Below, piece by piece: positions 50,160 through 62,358 of a DNA stretch of 64,000 nt. The notes under the pieces were generated by a model. It did no database searches. It had not been told where the DNA came from and saw nothing but the letters and a program-made list of their open reading frames with translations. The first letter of the stretch is position 1. Every line of letters begins with the position of its first letter. The position numbers and the translations under genes were made by a program. Origin of the DNA: an uncultured delta proteobacterium (GTDB lineage: Bacteria; Myxococcota_A; Polyangia; Polyangiales; Polyangiaceae); the NCBI GenBank assembly GCA_963806225.1, contig CAWDXG010000004.1, forward strand, positions 2,528,001-2,592,000, read 5' to 3'.

Positions 50160-50758
50160 TGCCGCGCATCGTCGACGAAGCGGAACAACGCAGGCGGATC
50201 CGCCAGGCGGCCCGGCGCGCCTTCGCCCGTCTCGGGCTCGAAGGCACCGGGCTCAAGCACGTCGCGCTCGAGGCCGGCCTGGGCCGCTCTAGCCTGTACC
50301 ACTACTACCCGGACAAGGCGGCGCTCGTGCAGGACCTCGCCGACGAGCTGCTCGACGAGGAGACGGCACTCTTCACGCAGGCCATCCAGAGCGGCGACGG
50401 CGCCCTCGACCGCATCGAACGGCTGACCACCGCAATCGTGGAACTGTTCGATCGTTCTGCCTCCACCGGGCGGCTCATGCTCCAGATCTGGGCCAACGAT
50501 CCCGATCGCTTCCAGGCGATGCTCGACATGCTGCGTGGCGGGCTCACGCAGGTCGTCATGCAGGGGCAAGAGCACGGCGAGATCGACCCGGCGCTGCATC
50601 CCGAAGCGGCGGCGACGCTCGTCATCGCGCTGATGGACGGTGTTCTCGTGCAGGGCTTCATCGATCCGCGCTTGTTCGAGCACAAGGGGAGGCTCGGAGA
50701 TGCGTTGCTCACGGCCGTACGCCGGATGCTGGCTACTCCCCGGACGAAAGGCGACTGA
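50159..50758 (+). CDS. TetR/AcrR family regulator
   Basis: MPRIVD..RIRQAARRAF..VALEAGLGRSSLYHYYPDK. Confidence 0.92.
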   Translation: MPRIVDEAEQRRRIRQAARRAFARLGLEGTGLKHVALEAGLGRSSLYHYYPDKAALVQDLADELLDEETALFTQAIQSGDGALDRIERLTTAIVELFDRSASTGRLMLQIWANDPDRFQAMLDMLRGGLTQVVMQGQEHGEIDPALHPEAAATLVIALMDGVLVQGFIDPRLFEHKGRLGDALLTAVRRMLATPRTKGD

Positions 50759-50760
50759 CG

Positions 50761-51309
50761 ATGGATCTGGTTGTCACGTTGTTCATCATCTCGGGCACCA
50801 TCGGCGCGGCCGACATCCTCTACTACCACTGGTACAAGTTCAGGCTGTACAAGCAGCCCGGCTCGCGCCTGGAAACGCTGACGCACGTGTTCCGATCGTT
50901 CACGTTCGGCATCGGCGTGTTCACGCTCCTGCACTACCTGCCGTTGGGAGGCTGGTACTGGGCGGTTGCCGGGCTGTTCGCAGCGGACTTCATCGACGAG
51001 ATCATCGACATCGTGATCGAGCCGAAGAGCCGCGAACCGCTGGGAGGGCTGCCCGGCCGCGAGTACCTCGTGCACATGGTGAGCACCACGCTGAACGGCG
51101 GGGCGTGGGTCGCCTTCCTGGTCGCCGGCTGGGCCGGGCGCGGCGCGGCCACTGCCCTCGTGGCCAGACACCCGGCGCTTCCGGCGTGGCTCGTCCTCGA
51201 CGGCAATCTGGTCGTCGGCAGCTCGCTCCTGATCGGCACGGCGGAGCTCGTGCTGCTGCTCAGGTCGTGGACGACCGACCGCGCACCTGCCGCGGACGCC
51301 GCGACCTGA
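50761..51309 (+). CDS. Hypothetical membrane protein
   Basis: Five hydrophobic helices with His/Glu motifs (YYH, ETLTH, EYLVH). Confidence 0.75.
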   Translation: MDLVVTLFIISGTIGAADILYYHWYKFRLYKQPGSRLETLTHVFRSFTFGIGVFTLLHYLPLGGWYWAVAGLFAADFIDEIIDIVIEPKSREPLGGLPGREYLVHMVSTTLNGGAWVAFLVAGWAGRGAATALVARHPALPAWLVLDGNLVVGSSLLIGTAELVLLLRSWTTDRAPAADAAT

Positions 51310-51342
51310 CCGTCCTCGTCCCAGCAGCCAACTACCAGTAGC

Positions 51343-53600
51343 TCAGACCCGCGCCGCCGCCGCTGACGCTCGGGCCCCGACGCTGCCGGGGCGCACGGCC
51401 TTGTCGCCGTAGAAGGTCGCTCCGCTCCTGGCCATCTCGACCAGAACCTGCGCGGGCGTGAAGCGCTTGCCGTGCTCTTTCTCGAAGCGCTCGAGTCGCC
51501 GCACGATCTCCGAGCGCACCCACCGAGTCGACGTACCGGAACGGTCCTCCGCGGAAGGGCGGGAAGCCCAGTCCGAAGATGGCGCCGATGTCGCCGTCGC
51601 GCGCGCTCCTGAGAATGCCCTCGCCGAAGCAATGCGCCGCTTCATTCACCATCGACAACACGCAGCGCTGGACGATTTCGCTCGACGGCTTGTCGGTGAT
51701 GGGCTTGACGCCCAGCACGTCGTACACGCTGGTGTCGACCTGCTTGCCCTTCTTCTTGCCGTCGTACAGGTAGAAGCCGCGCTTGTTCTTGCGCCCGAAG
51801 CGCTTGTCGGCAACCAGCTTGTCCATTCCAGGCGGCGCCTTCATGCGGTCGCCGAAAGCCTCGAGCATGATGTGCCCGACCTTCTCGCCCACGTCGATGC
51901 CGACCTCGTCGAGCAGGGTGATCGGGCCTACCGGATAGCCCCACTCGACCAGCGCCTGGTCGATCTTCTCGATGGCGACTCCCTCGCCGAGCAGGTACGC
52001 GGCCTCGTTCATGTACGGCCCGAGGATGCGCGAGGTGTAGAAGCCCACGCCGTCCCTGACCACGATCACGGTCTTGCCCTGCTTCTTGCCGAGCGCGACG
52101 CAGGTTGCCGTCACCCAGGGTGCGGTCTTGTCGGTCACGATGATCTCGAGCAACGGCATCTTGTGCACCGGCGAGAAGTAGTGCATCCCGATCACGCGCT
52201 CGGGGTGCTCCGCCGCTTCCGCGATGCGCGTGATGGGCAACGACGACGTGTTCGAAGCGAAGATCGTCTCCTTGCCGGCGTGCTCTTCGATGTCCTTGAG
52301 CATGCGGTGCTTCAGGCCGAGATCCTCGAACACGGCCTCGATCACCACGTCGGCATCGTGGAACCCTCCGTAGTCCACGGTACCGGTAACGCGCGCCATG
52401 GTGACGTCACGGTCCATCGGGGTCATGCGCTTCCTCTTGACGCGCTGATCGAGGATGTCGCGCATGTATTTCGAGCCCCGCCCCGACGCCCTGGTCATCC
52501 TTGTCCTTGAGGCGTACCGGGAGCTTGGCGATGGCCGTGGTGACGTAGGCGATGCCCGCACCCATCAGCCCTGCGCCGAGCATCCCGACCTTTCGCACCG
52601 CATGCGGCTTGACGGATGGATCGTCGACGCCGGTGTCCTTCTTGATCTCCGTGGTCGCGGAGAAGATGTTCATGAGCTGCGCGGCTTCCGCGCTCACGAC
52701 CAGGTCACCGAATGCGCTGGCTTCAGCCTCCAGGCCCTTTTCCATGCCGCCCTCGAGACCAGCGCGCACGACCTCTACGATGCGCTCGGGTGCGGGATAG
52801 TTCCCGTGCGTCTTCGAAAGCAGCTGCTTCTTCGCCTGGTCGAACAGGAGCTTGCGCCCGAGGGGGTTTTCGGTGAGCGCGCGCTCGGACAGCTCGCCCT
52901 TGTCCAGGAGGTGCTTCAGGCGATCGAGCGGTCCTTCCTTCTTCCGCGCCTCGCCGGCGAGGCGCAGCGCGTGCTCTGCCGCCACCTCGAGCAGGATGGC
53001 CTGCGGTACCACCTCGTCGACCAGACCCATGCGCCGCGCGCGCTTCGAGTCCACTTGCTTGCCCGTGAGCATGAGGTCGAGCGCGGCCTGCACGCCGAGC
53101 AGCCGAGGCAGGCGCTGCGTGCCGCCCATTCCCGGGAGGAGCCCGAGCTGCACCTCCGGCACGCCGAACTTCGTCTTCTTGTCGTCGCTGGCGACGCGGC
53201 CACGGCACGCCAGCGCGAGCTCCAGGCCTCCACCGAGGCAGGGGCCGTGGATGGCAGCGACCACGGGTACACGGAAGCTCTCGAGCCGCTCCATAGCGCG
53301 GTGCCCCGTCCGCGAGATCTCCGCCGCATCGGCGGCCGTCCTGACGCCCTTGATCATGTTGATGTCGGCGCCGGCGAGGAAGCTGTCGGGCTTGCCCGAG
53401 GCAAAGACGACAGCCTTCACGTCGTTGTCGTTGTCGAGCTCGTCGAACAGCCGCGCGAAATCCTCGGCGAACGTGTTCTTGAGCGTGTTCATCGTCTCGC
53501 CCGGGACATCCATGCTCACCACGGCGACGCCGTCGGGACGCTTCTCCAGCGACAGCACCTCGTGCGCTGCCGATCCATTGCCGTTCTTTGCCGCTTCCAT
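51343..53600 (-). CDS. fadJ: Fatty acid oxidation complex alpha subunit (frameshifts near 52480 and 51520)
   Basis: AGADI, CLGGGLE, PEVQLGLLPG, GAGLMG, IEAVFE, SNTSS, GMHYFSP, GLGFPPF. Confidence 0.9.
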
Positions 53601-54895
53601 CACGCCGCCTCCAGTACCATCGCCGCCCCAAGCCCGCCGGCTGCGCACGCCGTGCACAGCGCGAGTCTGCCACCCCGTCTCTTGAGCTCGCGCAGCGTCT
53701 GGGTGATCTGGCGTGCCCCGGTCGCTGCAAAGGGATGGCCGACCGCGAGCGACCCGCCGTTGACGTTGAACTTCTCCCAGTTGACGTCGCCGATCTTCTT
53801 CTTCCGGCCAAGCTTTTCCTGAGCGAACCTATCGCTCTCGAACGCCTGTGTGTTGCTCAGGACCTGCGCGGCGAAGGCCTCGTGCATGTCGATCAGGTCG
53901 AGGTCCCCAAGCTCGATGCCCGCGCGTTCCAACGCCATCGGCGTGGCGTACGACGGCCCCATGAGCATCTGCCCAGCCGGGTCCAGCGCCGCGAACGCGT
54001 AGGCTTTGATGTAGCCGAGCACGTCCCGGCCCTCGGCCTTGGCCTTGTCCGCATTCATCAGGACGAGTGCGCTGGCGCCGTCGGTGAGCGCTGAGCTGTT
54101 GCCAGCGGTGATGGTGCCGTGCTTCCTGTCGAATGCCGGCTTGAGCCTGGAGTAGCTCTCGAGCGAGGAATCGCGACGGACCAGGTTGTCCTCGTCGAAA
54201 GCCTCGTATCGGGGCGGTACGAAGACGTGCATCACTTCGTCCTCGAAGCGACCGTCCTCCCAGGCCTTGGCGGCCAGACTGTGGCTGCGATGTGCGAACT
54301 CGTCCTGTGACTGCCGGGTGATGCCGTTTTCCTTGGCCATCTTCTCCGCGCTCTCGCCCATGGTGAGCCCCGTGGACGGTTCCTCGAGCGCCGGCGGCAC
54401 CGGTACGAGATCGCGAGCGGAGATCCCCTTGAAAGCGGCGAGCCGCTGCCCGACCGAGCGCGCCCGGCTGGCCTTGATCAGTGCCTCGGCGAGCTTCTTG
54501 CTGACGGCGATCGGCACATCGCTGGCGCTGTCCGCGCCGCCGGCGACGCCGCAGTCGATGGCACCCGCCATGATTGCCTCGGCAACGTTCACGGCGGACT
54601 GGTAGCTGGTCGCGCAGGCGCGCGAGACGCTGTACGCCTCGATGTCGCGCGGCATTCCGGTCCCCAGTACGATCTCGCGCGCGATGTTCGGCGCGCTCAG
54701 CGACGGCACGACCTGGCCGTAGACGACCTGCTGGATCTCGCTGGGATCGATGCTGATGCGCTGCAGCAGCTCGGCGACGACGAGCTTGCCCAGATCGAGC
54801 GCCGACAGATCCCTGTACGCCGTGCTCTGCTTGGCGAACGGGGTGCGGAGCCCTGCGACGATGGCGACCTTGCGGGCGCCGTTGCTGCTCTCCAT
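53600..54895 (-). CDS. fadI: Acetyl-CoA C-acyltransferase (thiolase)
   Basis: [36 protein letters not shown] coupling to fadJ. Confidence 0.93.
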   Translation of the reverse strand: MESSNGARKVAIVAGLRTPFAKQSTAYRDLSALDLGKLVVAELLQRISIDPSEIQQVVYGQVVPSLSAPNIAREIVLGTGMPRDIEAYSVSRACATSYQSAVNVAEAIMAGAIDCGVAGGADSASDVPIAVSKKLAEALIKASRARSVGQRLAAFKGISARDLVPVPPALEEPSTGLTMGESAEKMAKENGITRQSQDEFAHRSHSLAAKAWEDGRFEDEVMHVFVPPRYEAFDEDNLVRRDSSLESYSRLKPAFDRKHGTITAGNSSALTDGASALVLMNADKAKAEGRDVLGYIKAYAFAALDPAGQMLMGPSYATPMALERAGIELGDLDLIDMHEAFAAQVLSNTQAFESDRFAQEKLGRKKKIGDVNWEKFNVNGGSLAVGHPFAATGARQITQTLRELKRRGGRLALCTACAAGGLGAAMVLEAA

Positions 54896-55042
54896 GTCGA
54901 TTCCTCCTGGCCGGCGCGCCCGACGAGGGGGCGGCGCTACTCGGACCCGGCGCACAAGACGCCTGCAGCCCGGCCGCCTGGATAAGCACCATGACGCGGC
55001 GTGTCAAGGCACGGGCGTGACGGGGGGCAGTAAGAGCGGCGC

Positions 55043-55531
55043 TCAGCCTGTCTCTGCGACGACGGGTTCCACGACGGGCGCCGTCGGCACGACTCCGCTT
55101 TCGCTGCGCGTCTCGGGGAAGCGGACACGGACCGACACGTTGTCGCCGGCGAGCTCGCCGCACAGGGCCCCAGCCAGGGCCATCAGACCGTGACGGACGC
55201 CGTCGGCGACGCTCTCGTCGGCCACCAGCAAGAGCTCGCCACCCTCGGCAGATGCCATGTGGCGGCACGCGGCGCGCGCGATGTCTTCGCGCAGCTCGAG
55301 GGCCGCAGGATCCATGTTTCCGTTGGTAGCGATCAGCCCGAACACGATGGGACCATCGAGCGAGCTCATGCGGTGCTTGACCCGCGCCGCGAAGTCCTCG
55401 GGCGCCTCGCCGGCGAGCTGCGCTTCGACAACCGAGTTCGGCGCATGATGAGCGCCGGTCATCTCGGGCCAACCTGCCCCCGCCTCCATGACGATCAGGG
55501 AAACCCTGGTCTCGTCGCTATCCATATCCAT
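55043..55531 (-). CDS. Hypothetical protein
   Basis: 162-aa ORF with SD GGAGG and GC3-biased codons. Confidence 0.65.
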   Translation of the reverse strand: MDMDSDETRVSLIVMEAGAGWPEMTGAHHAPNSVVEAQLAGEAPEDFAARVKHRMSSLDGPIVFGLIATNGNMDPAALELREDIARAACRHMASAEGGELLLVADESVADGVRHGLMALAGALCGELAGDNVSVRVRFPETRSESGVVPTAPVVEPVVAETG

Positions 55532-55860
55532 CCTGTCCCCTCCTTCCGGAGCTGCCCGGAGGCGCTCCCTTCAAGTGCTCTATCCAATCCCCAGGCGGGC
55601 TCGCGTATTCCCGAAGCCGCGCAACCGGAGACACGCGCAGGCGAGTATCTGCCCCGCGCAATATTGCCCCATGCCAGCGGAGCGGGAGATGTTTCCCGCC
55701 TCACGAACTGTCACTCAAGCGAACCTGACAATGGGATCGATGCAGCGCGCCGTCAAGCATCCGGGATCGATTGTCCTTGAGCCCACAGAACCGCAATAAA
55801 TACGGGCCGCGTATGCATGACGCGACGCATACAAAGTGCGACCGAACCGTCGGTCGCACA

Positions 55861-57279
55861 TCAGGCGCAGAGCGGCGGCTCGCGATCGATCCAGGGACGC
55901 GCCTGTTCGAGCTGTGCCGCGAGCCGGAACAAGGTGGCTTCGTCTCCGTAGCGCCCGATGAAGTGGGCGCCGATCGGCAGCCCCGCTTTGTTCCAGAAAA
56001 GCGGGACATTCATCGCGGGCTGACCGGTGACGTTCTGGATCGGAGTGAACGGCGCGAAGGCGGCGGCGCGCATCAACGGCGCAATCGGATTGTCCTCCGG
56101 AGCATCGAAACTGCCGAGTGGAAGCGGCGGCTCGGCAAGCGTCGGCGTCAGCCACACGTCGTACTGCTCCATGAAGCGCGCGACCTCGCGCGCGATGCGC
56201 TGCAACAGGCCCACCGAGAGGAGATACGCCGAAGCGCTGTGCCCACGGCCTACCTCTGCAAGCGCCATGCTGAGCGGTTCCACGTTGTCCGGCGTGGCCG
56301 TCGTGCCGCTGATCATTCCCATGCCGTCGAGCGTCGCAGCGGCGCCAGCCGTCCACGGCACCATGAACGCCTGGCTCAGCATGTCGCCGGCGATCGGCGG
56401 GTCCTTCTCCTCGACGTGATGCCCGAGCTCTTCGCAGAGCTTCGCCGCGTCCTTGACGGCCGCAATGCAGTCCGCGTGCACATCCACGCCGGTCGGTGCC
56501 CGCATGCTGAACGCGATGCGGAGCTTGCCGGGCGACGCTTTCACTTCCTCGGCGTAGGGGCGCGTGGGCGGCGGCGCGAAGTACGGATCGCCGGGCATCG
56601 GGCCCTGTGTGGCGTCGAGGATCGCGGCGCTGTCGCGCACGCTGAGTGTGACAGCGTGTTCGACCACCAAGCCGTTCATGATGTCGCCCAGGTCGGGACC
56701 GAGCGTGATGCGACCGCGCGTCGGCTTGAGCCCGAACAGGCCGCAGCATGATGCGGGGATGCGGATCGAACCACCGCCGTCGTTGGCGTGCGCGGCCGGT
56801 ACGATGCGCGCTGCCACTGCCGCCGACGACCCACCGCTGGAACCACCCACGGTGTAGGCGGTGTTCCACGGGTTGTGCGTGGGGCCATACAGAAGTGGCT
56901 CCGTGGTCGGCAGAAAACCGAACTCCGGCGTATTGGTCTTGCCGACGAAGATGAACCCCGCGCGTCGCAGCCTGGCGACCAGCTCGCTATCGTGATCCGG
57001 CACGAAGTCCTTCAGCATGCGCGAACCGGAAGTCAGCGGCGCGTCCTTGCACGCCGCCAGGATGTCCTTGAGCAGATACGGTACGCCCTTGAACGGCCCG
57101 TCTGGCAGCTCGCTCCGGGCCGCTTCGCGGGCCTGGTCGAACATGGGGTGGATCACCGCGTTGAGCTCGGGGTTCAGCCGCTCGATTCGTGCGACGGCGT
57201 CGTCGACGAGCTCGAGGGGGGTGGCGTTCCGCTCGCGTACGAGCTCGGCGAGAGCGGTGGCGTCGTTGACATCGGTCAT
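55861..57279 (-). CDS. Amidase signature family amidase
   Basis: [35 protein letters not shown]. Confidence 0.95.
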   Translation of the reverse strand: MTDVNDATALAELVRERNATPLELVDDAVARIERLNPELNAVIHPMFDQAREAARSELPDGPFKGVPYLLKDILAACKDAPLTSGSRMLKDFVPDHDSELVARLRRAGFIFVGKTNTPEFGFLPTTEPLLYGPTHNPWNTAYTVGGSSGGSSAAVAARIVPAAHANDGGGSIRIPASCCGLFGLKPTRGRITLGPDLGDIMNGLVVEHAVTLSVRDSAAILDATQGPMPGDPYFAPPPTRPYAEEVKASPGKLRIAFSMRAPTGVDVHADCIAAVKDAAKLCEELGHHVEEKDPPIAGDMLSQAFMVPWTAGAAATLDGMGMISGTTATPDNVEPLSMALAEVGRGHSASAYLLSVGLLQRIAREVARFMEQYDVWLTPTLAEPPLPLGSFDAPEDNPIAPLMRAAAFAPFTPIQNVTGQPAMNVPLFWNKAGLPIGAHFIGRYGDEATLFRLAAQLEQARPWIDREPPLCA

Positions 57280-57332
57280 GGGGACTCCCGGTCGAGGGGA
57301 ACCCGATGTTGTGACGAAGCACACCTCGACCG

Positions 57333-58589
57333 CTACAAGAAAGCGATGGGCACCAGCCCGAGGGCCGCGAGTCCGAGCAGCAGCCACAACGAGAGCCGAC
57401 CGGTCGCACGGTCCGAGATGCCCAGCGCGTAGATACCCTTGATCACGTTGTTGCTCGCCGCCGCCAGCGCTATCGCAATCGCCGCGACGTGGAGCGTCGT
57501 CGCCGAGCTCTGCGTCACGCCGAGAATGAACGGGTCGACATCCGTAACGCCCATGATCCCGGCAAGACCGTAGACGCCGCGGTGACCCAGGTGCTCGGAT
57601 GCGAGCCGCGTCAGGACCAGCATGGCGACGAAGATCGCGGCGAACGCGAAGGCCGTGCCCAGCTCCAGCGGGTTCTTCGTGGCGACCTCGGAAGTGCGGT
57701 CATCTTCCTGGTGCCTGCGGCGCGTCAGAAGCCAGCCCGAAAGGCCGGCGAGGGCCGCAAGCAGCAAGAAACCCGGCGCGAGCTCTTCGCCGAGCGGTGG
57801 GTTGAAGAACAGGACCAACACCACGAGCCGTGCGTACATCACGCCGGAGGCGGCCAGAATACTGCCGGCAAACACGTTCGGCGCTCTGTGCACCCTGGCC
57901 CGCCGCGCCAGCGCAATGGTCGTCACCGTGGACGAGTAGGCCCCACCTAGCAGCGCCCCGAGCAGGACCCCGCCCCGCCCGCCGAGCACCTTCTGCAGTA
58001 CGTAGCTGCCGTAGGACACGCCACACACCGCCACGACCACCAGCCACGTCTTGAACGGATTCAGATCGAATACGGTGAACGATTCGTTCGGTACGATCGG
58101 CAGGATCACCACCGACAGGAGCAGGAACTTGGCGAAGGCGGCGATCTCGTCGCCGGCGATGCGCGACGTGAGCTTCTCCAGCGCGGACTTGAGCTCGAGC
58201 AGCAGCACGCCCACCACGGCGAGCGTCGCCGCCAGCCAGTACAGCTTCTGGTAGACGACAGCGCCGATCAGGTAGACGAGCAGGCCACTCATCTCGGTCG
58301 TCAGGCCAGCCGTCTCCGAGGTCGAGAGCTTGTGGCGGTACGAAACCAGCATGAACGCCCCGACCACCACGAATCCCAGGATCAGCGGCAACACCTCCGG
58401 TCCGGCCAGAAGCGCGAGCACGTAGCCGACGAGGCCTATCAGCGGGAAGGTGCGGACGCCGCCGAACGCGTAGTGCGTCGTCTTCGTCTTGTGTTCCTCA
58501 CGCTCGAATCCAACGAGGAACGACAGGAACAGCACCAGCGCGATCTGGACGACTCCAGTAGGAAGTAGCCTCGTCAAGGCGCCGCTCAT
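57333..58589 (-). CDS. MgtC/SapB + DUF4010 membrane protein
   Basis: [35 protein letters not shown]. Confidence 0.9.
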   Translation of the reverse strand: MSGALTRLLPTGVVQIALVLFLSFLVGFEREEHKTKTTHYAFGGVRTFPLIGLVGYVLALLAGPEVLPLILGFVVVGAFMLVSYRHKLSTSETAGLTTEMSGLLVYLIGAVVYQKLYWLAATLAVVGVLLLELKSALEKLTSRIAGDEIAAFAKFLLLSVVILPIVPNESFTVFDLNPFKTWLVVVAVCGVSYGSYVLQKVLGGRGGVLLGALLGGAYSSTVTTIALARRARVHRAPNVFAGSILAASGVMYARLVVLVLFFNPPLGEELAPGFLLLAALAGLSGWLLTRRRHQEDDRTSEVATKNPLELGTAFAFAAIFVAMLVLTRLASEHLGHRGVYGLAGIMGVTDVDPFILGVTQSSATTLHVAAIAIALAAASNNVIKGIYALGISDRATGRLSLWLLLGLAALGLVPIAFL

Positions 58590-58681
58590 TGTTTCAATGT
58601 AAGAACGTCCGACGAGCGATGCATCCGCGGGGCGGTGACTGGCCCTTGCTTCCCCGTGCCGGGCGGGTACCGTCCCCCTCG

Positions 58682-59455
58682 ATGACTTCGCGCAAGCTCG
58701 GCCTTGTTTGCCTGCTGCTTCTGGCTCAGGGCTGCCACCACGACAAGCTGCCCGAGCCGTCCGATCGCAGCGACGGCCAGTTGCCCCAGCTCGACGTGCA
58801 CCACGTGGCAGAGCACGCGATCCACGTGGATGGGCGGCTTTCCGAGCCGGCGTGGCAGAGCGCAGCCTCCACGGGGCTCTTCGTGCGTCCGGGCAGCGGC
58901 AAGGCCGACTCCGCCTCGCATGTGAACGCCAGCGCGAAGATGTTGTGGGACGCGCTGGCGCTGTACGTCGGCTTCACGGTGTACGACCCGTCGCCGGGAA
59001 CGCCGTTCAAACGCGGGGATGTGGATCCACATATCTGGGAGCGCGCTTCCGGGGTCGAGCTGATGCTTCAGCCCGGCGAGCCGGGCAACAACAAGAACTA
59101 CTTCGAGATCCAGGTCGACACCGCCGGAGCGGTCTGGGACACGCGCTTCGACGACTACAACCAGCCCATCACCGGCTCGGGCCCCGCGCGACGCTTCGGT
59201 CACCAGGACTGGTCCGCCCATCTCGAGCGCGCGGCCCGCGTCGACAAGGGCCACTACACCCTGGAGATGGCGCTGCCCTGGAGCGCTATCACCCGCGTCG
59301 CCGCGCACGTGCCGCCGCGTCCGGGCGATGTCTGGCGGGCGAACCTCTACAGCTTCCGGAATGGCCAGCGCGACGCGATGGCCTGGTCGCCCATCCTCGG
59401 CCAGGGCAACTTCCACAAGGCAGCCCGCTTCGGCAGGTTGCGCTTCGGGCCGTAG
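58682..59455 (+). CDS. CBM9-like (sugar-binding) lipoprotein
   Basis: Lipobox AQGC; VDGRLSEPAW, LWD..LYVG, YFEIQV, EMALPW, WRANLY. Confidence 0.82.
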   Translation: MTSRKLGLVCLLLLAQGCHHDKLPEPSDRSDGQLPQLDVHHVAEHAIHVDGRLSEPAWQSAASTGLFVRPGSGKADSASHVNASAKMLWDALALYVGFTVYDPSPGTPFKRGDVDPHIWERASGVELMLQPGEPGNNKNYFEIQVDTAGAVWDTRFDDYNQPITGSGPARRFGHQDWSAHLERAARVDKGHYTLEMALPWSAITRVAAHVPPRPGDVWRANLYSFRNGQRDAMAWSPILGQGNFHKAARFGRLRFGP

Positions 59456-59456
59456 C

Positions 59457-60083
59457 TCAGAACTTCGCGAAGTCGTAGCCGACGGTCGCGCCGAGGGCGA
59501 CGGTGTCCCCCGGGTGTCCGATGTCGACCAGCGACAGCTGCGCCTGGATGTCGAAATCCCCGATCCGGTAGCCTGGCAGGACGTTGAAGCCGACCTTCGC
59601 CCGCGTGGTCGAGGTGTCACCGGCACGCACGGTGAGCACGTTCAGGCCGAGCTCCCCTCCGATGTGGAAACCCTGGCACTTGCCGGAAACGAAGTATCGG
59701 GCGCCGACCCAGATCGGCACGTCGCCGAGGCCGTACTTGTAGCTGACGCTGTTCACGGTCGTGGACGTGTCGAGACCGTAGAGGTAGCCGATGCGCCCGG
59801 TAATACCGAACGACGGCGACAGTCCCCGCGCGTACTTGACGAGCCCCCCGAGCATCACGCCCGTCGCGTCGCCAAGATTGCCGACCGGGACGAGGAAACC
59901 CACGTCGGCTCCGACGAAGCTCCTCGGGCCCTGGCCGCTCTCTTGTCCGGCATCGGGGGCCGCGGCCTGGGTTGGAGCGCCGTCATCGCTCGCCGACGCG
60001 TCATCGCCGGGCTCTGCCAACGCGGTCGTGGCGCCCAGGGCGATGATCGTGCCGAGCGCAAGCGGGAAGATGCGAAAGCTCAT
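59457..60083 (-). CDS. Outer membrane beta-barrel protein
   Basis: Signal peptide (ALA), alternating beta strands, C-terminal VGYDFAKF. Confidence 0.78.
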   Translation of the reverse strand: MSFRIFPLALGTIIALGATTALAEPGDDASASDDGAPTQAAAPDAGQESGQGPRSFVGADVGFLVPVGNLGDATGVMLGGLVKYARGLSPSFGITGRIGYLYGLDTSTTVNSVSYKYGLGDVPIWVGARYFVSGKCQGFHIGGELGLNVLTVRAGDTSTTRAKVGFNVLPGYRIGDFDIQAQLSLVDIGHPGDTVALGATVGYDFAKF

Positions 60084-60144
60084 AGGGCTCGCGAGCCTAC
60101 CGCCTCGGGGCCGCGGACGGGCCACATTTCCGCGTGCTACCGGA

Positions 60145-61398
60145 TTACCCCGCGATGGTGTCGTAGAAGAGCTGCGCCAGCGCGGCGTGACCGGCTGCGT
60201 TCGGATGGATGCACGTCAGGTCGAACCAGAGCGGCTCGTTCGGCCCCCGGTAGCAGGGCGCGGTCGGGTCGTTGCGCTTGTAGCCGTGCCCACAAAAGCT
60301 CTCCAGCATGAAGATCATGTCGCTGTGCGTGTCGACGGCGATCTTCATGTACTGCTCCTCGGTCCAGATGACGATGTCCTTCTGGGCCTGGAGGTCCTGC
60401 CAGGGCTGGATGCCGGCGATGGCGGAGCTGGAGCAGCTGCTGACGTCGCCCGTGCCGTCGGTGAACTCGTAGTTGTTGGCGAACACCACGTCGACGCCAC
60501 CAGGTACGTTCTTCGAGTCCTTCATCCAGGTCACCGCGTCGCGCAGGAGCTGCACGAAGCTCTGCGCGTCCTGCCACAGCTGGGGGATCGTCTTCGCCGG
60601 ACTGGTGCCGCCGCCGTCCTTGGTGATGGCGTCGATGTCGTTGCCGCCCATCGTCATGATCACGAGGTAGTGCTTGTCACGCTCGCCGGCCGGGATGCAG
60701 TCGGTGACCTGCTGGTTGTCCTTCATCAGGTCATCGGTGCGCGCACCCCACTTGGCGCAGCTGATGAAGTCCCCCGATTCATGCGGCGCAGCCACACCGT
60801 TGATGACGTTGGCTCCGCCCCAAAGCGGCCCGGGCGGCGTGAGGTTGAACAGCTTCGCCAGCTTCTTCGCGAGGATCGCGCGGTACACCGCACCCGGGTT
60901 CACATCCGTGGGCGGAGTGCCGACGGTGACCGAGTCGCCCAGGAACACAACTTTCTGGACACCCTTGATGTCCTGCATGTTCGTGCCTTCGCAGTGCGCG
61001 CCGATGACCGGACTGAACTGATCGTAGTTGGGGCCGCCGGTGTTGCCGTTGACGTACTGCCCGTCGAAGCACTTCGCCGCGGTGAGCGGTCCGGCGTCGG
61101 TTCCGCCGGCCCCCGCCGCGCCGGCTGCACCGCCGGTGCCAGCTCCGCCGTCCGTGCCTGCTGCGCCCTGCCCTGCGGTACCACCGCCGCCGCCGACGGC
61201 TCCGCTGCCAGCCGCACCTCCGGACGCGGCCGAGCCGCCGCTGCCGCCCGCCGCGCTGCCGCCGGTTGCGCCGCTGCCGCCCGTCGCACCGACGCCCGCC
61301 GCGCCAGATGCCCCGCCGCTACTGCTCGTCTGGTCGCCCGACGAGCAGGCCACGGACACCCCAAGAACCCCCACGAGAAGAAGAACGCGCCCATGCAT
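60145..61398 (-). CDS. SGNH/GDSL hydrolase lipoprotein
   Basis: Lipobox SVAC, Gly-rich linker, FLGDSV, GGND, C-terminal IHPN. Confidence 0.88.
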   Translation of the reverse strand: MHGRVLLLVGVLGVSVACSSGDQTSSSGGASGAAGVGATGGSGATGGSAAGGSGGSAASGGAAGSGAVGGGGGTAGQGAAGTDGGAGTGGAAGAAGAGGTDAGPLTAAKCFDGQYVNGNTGGPNYDQFSPVIGAHCEGTNMQDIKGVQKVVFLGDSVTVGTPPTDVNPGAVYRAILAKKLAKLFNLTPPGPLWGGANVINGVAAPHESGDFISCAKWGARTDDLMKDNQQVTDCIPAGERDKHYLVIMTMGGNDIDAITKDGGGTSPAKTIPQLWQDAQSFVQLLRDAVTWMKDSKNVPGGVDVVFANNYEFTDGTGDVSSCSSSAIAGIQPWQDLQAQKDIVIWTEEQYMKIAVDTHSDMIFMLESFCGHGYKRNDPTAPCYRGPNEPLWFDLTCIHPNAAGHAALAQLFYDTIAG

Positions 61399-61479
61399 GC
61401 GCGGAAGCATAGCAAGGTCGGCCAGCCGGTTCAAGGCCAGGGGCTTACCGAATCCGCCAGGCGACCTAGGCTCTCTGCC

Positions 61480-62355
61480 ATGACAGCGCTCTGGGACAAG
61501 CTCGAGTTCGGGCGCACCGGCGTTCCGGTGAGCCGCCTCGCCATCGGGTCGAGCTACGGGGTCGGAGGCAGCGATCTGGAACGCGCCTACGAGCGCGGCA
61601 TCAACTTCTTCTTCTGGGGGATGAGGCGCACCGGCCGCTTCGCCGAAGGCGTGCGCACCGTGGCAGCGAAGGACCGCGAGTCGATGTGCATCGCGATCCA
61701 GACCTACTCGCGCTCCGCGCTCCTGGTGCGGCCGTGGGTCGAGAAGGCGCTGAGGGGGCTCAAGACCGACTACGTCGACATCCTCACGCTCAGCTGGTGG
61801 AGCGACATGCCGCCCGAGCGCATCATCGACGCCGCGCTCGAACTGCGTGACGAGGGCAAGGCACGTCACCTCATGATCTCGTGCCACCACCGCCCGAGCT
61901 TCGCGCGCATGATCGACGATGACCGCTTCGAAGCGATCATGGCGCGCTACAACGCCGCCCACACCGGAGCCGAGCGCGAGGTGTTCCCGCTGCTGGACAC
62001 GGCGGAGCGGCGGCCGGGAGTGCTCGCGTTCACGGCGACGCGCTGGGGCTCGTTGCTCGATCCGTCTTTCGTTCCCGAGGGAGAGCGCACGCCCACCGCC
62101 ACGGACTGCTATCGCTTCGTGCTTTCGAATCCCGACGTGGACGTATCGCTGTGCGGCCCGAAGAACGGCCGGGAGCTCGACGGCGCGTTCGCCGCGCTCG
62201 ACAAGGGCCCGCTCGACGCCGAAGAGATGGCCTGGATGCGCCGCGTCGGAAGCACGGTCCATGAACGCCGGCCGGGCCGCGGCCCCGTCAACACGCTCGA
62301 CAAGGTCGCGAATTTCTTCGCCCGGCGCCGCCCTGCAGCGGAAGCGCCGGAGTAG
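61480..62355 (+). CDS. Aldo/keto reductase family protein
   Basis: FGRTGVPVSRLAIG, GINFF, LRGLKTDYVD, EGKARHL, RFVLSNP. Confidence 0.85.
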   Translation: MTALWDKLEFGRTGVPVSRLAIGSSYGVGGSDLERAYERGINFFFWGMRRTGRFAEGVRTVAAKDRESMCIAIQTYSRSALLVRPWVEKALRGLKTDYVDILTLSWWSDMPPERIIDAALELRDEGKARHLMISCHHRPSFARMIDDDRFEAIMARYNAAHTGAEREVFPLLDTAERRPGVLAFTATRWGSLLDPSFVPEGERTPTATDCYRFVLSNPDVDVSLCGPKNGRELDGAFAALDKGPLDAEEMAWMRRVGSTVHERRPGRGPVNTLDKVANFFARRRPAAEAPE

Positions 62356-62358
62356 GCG

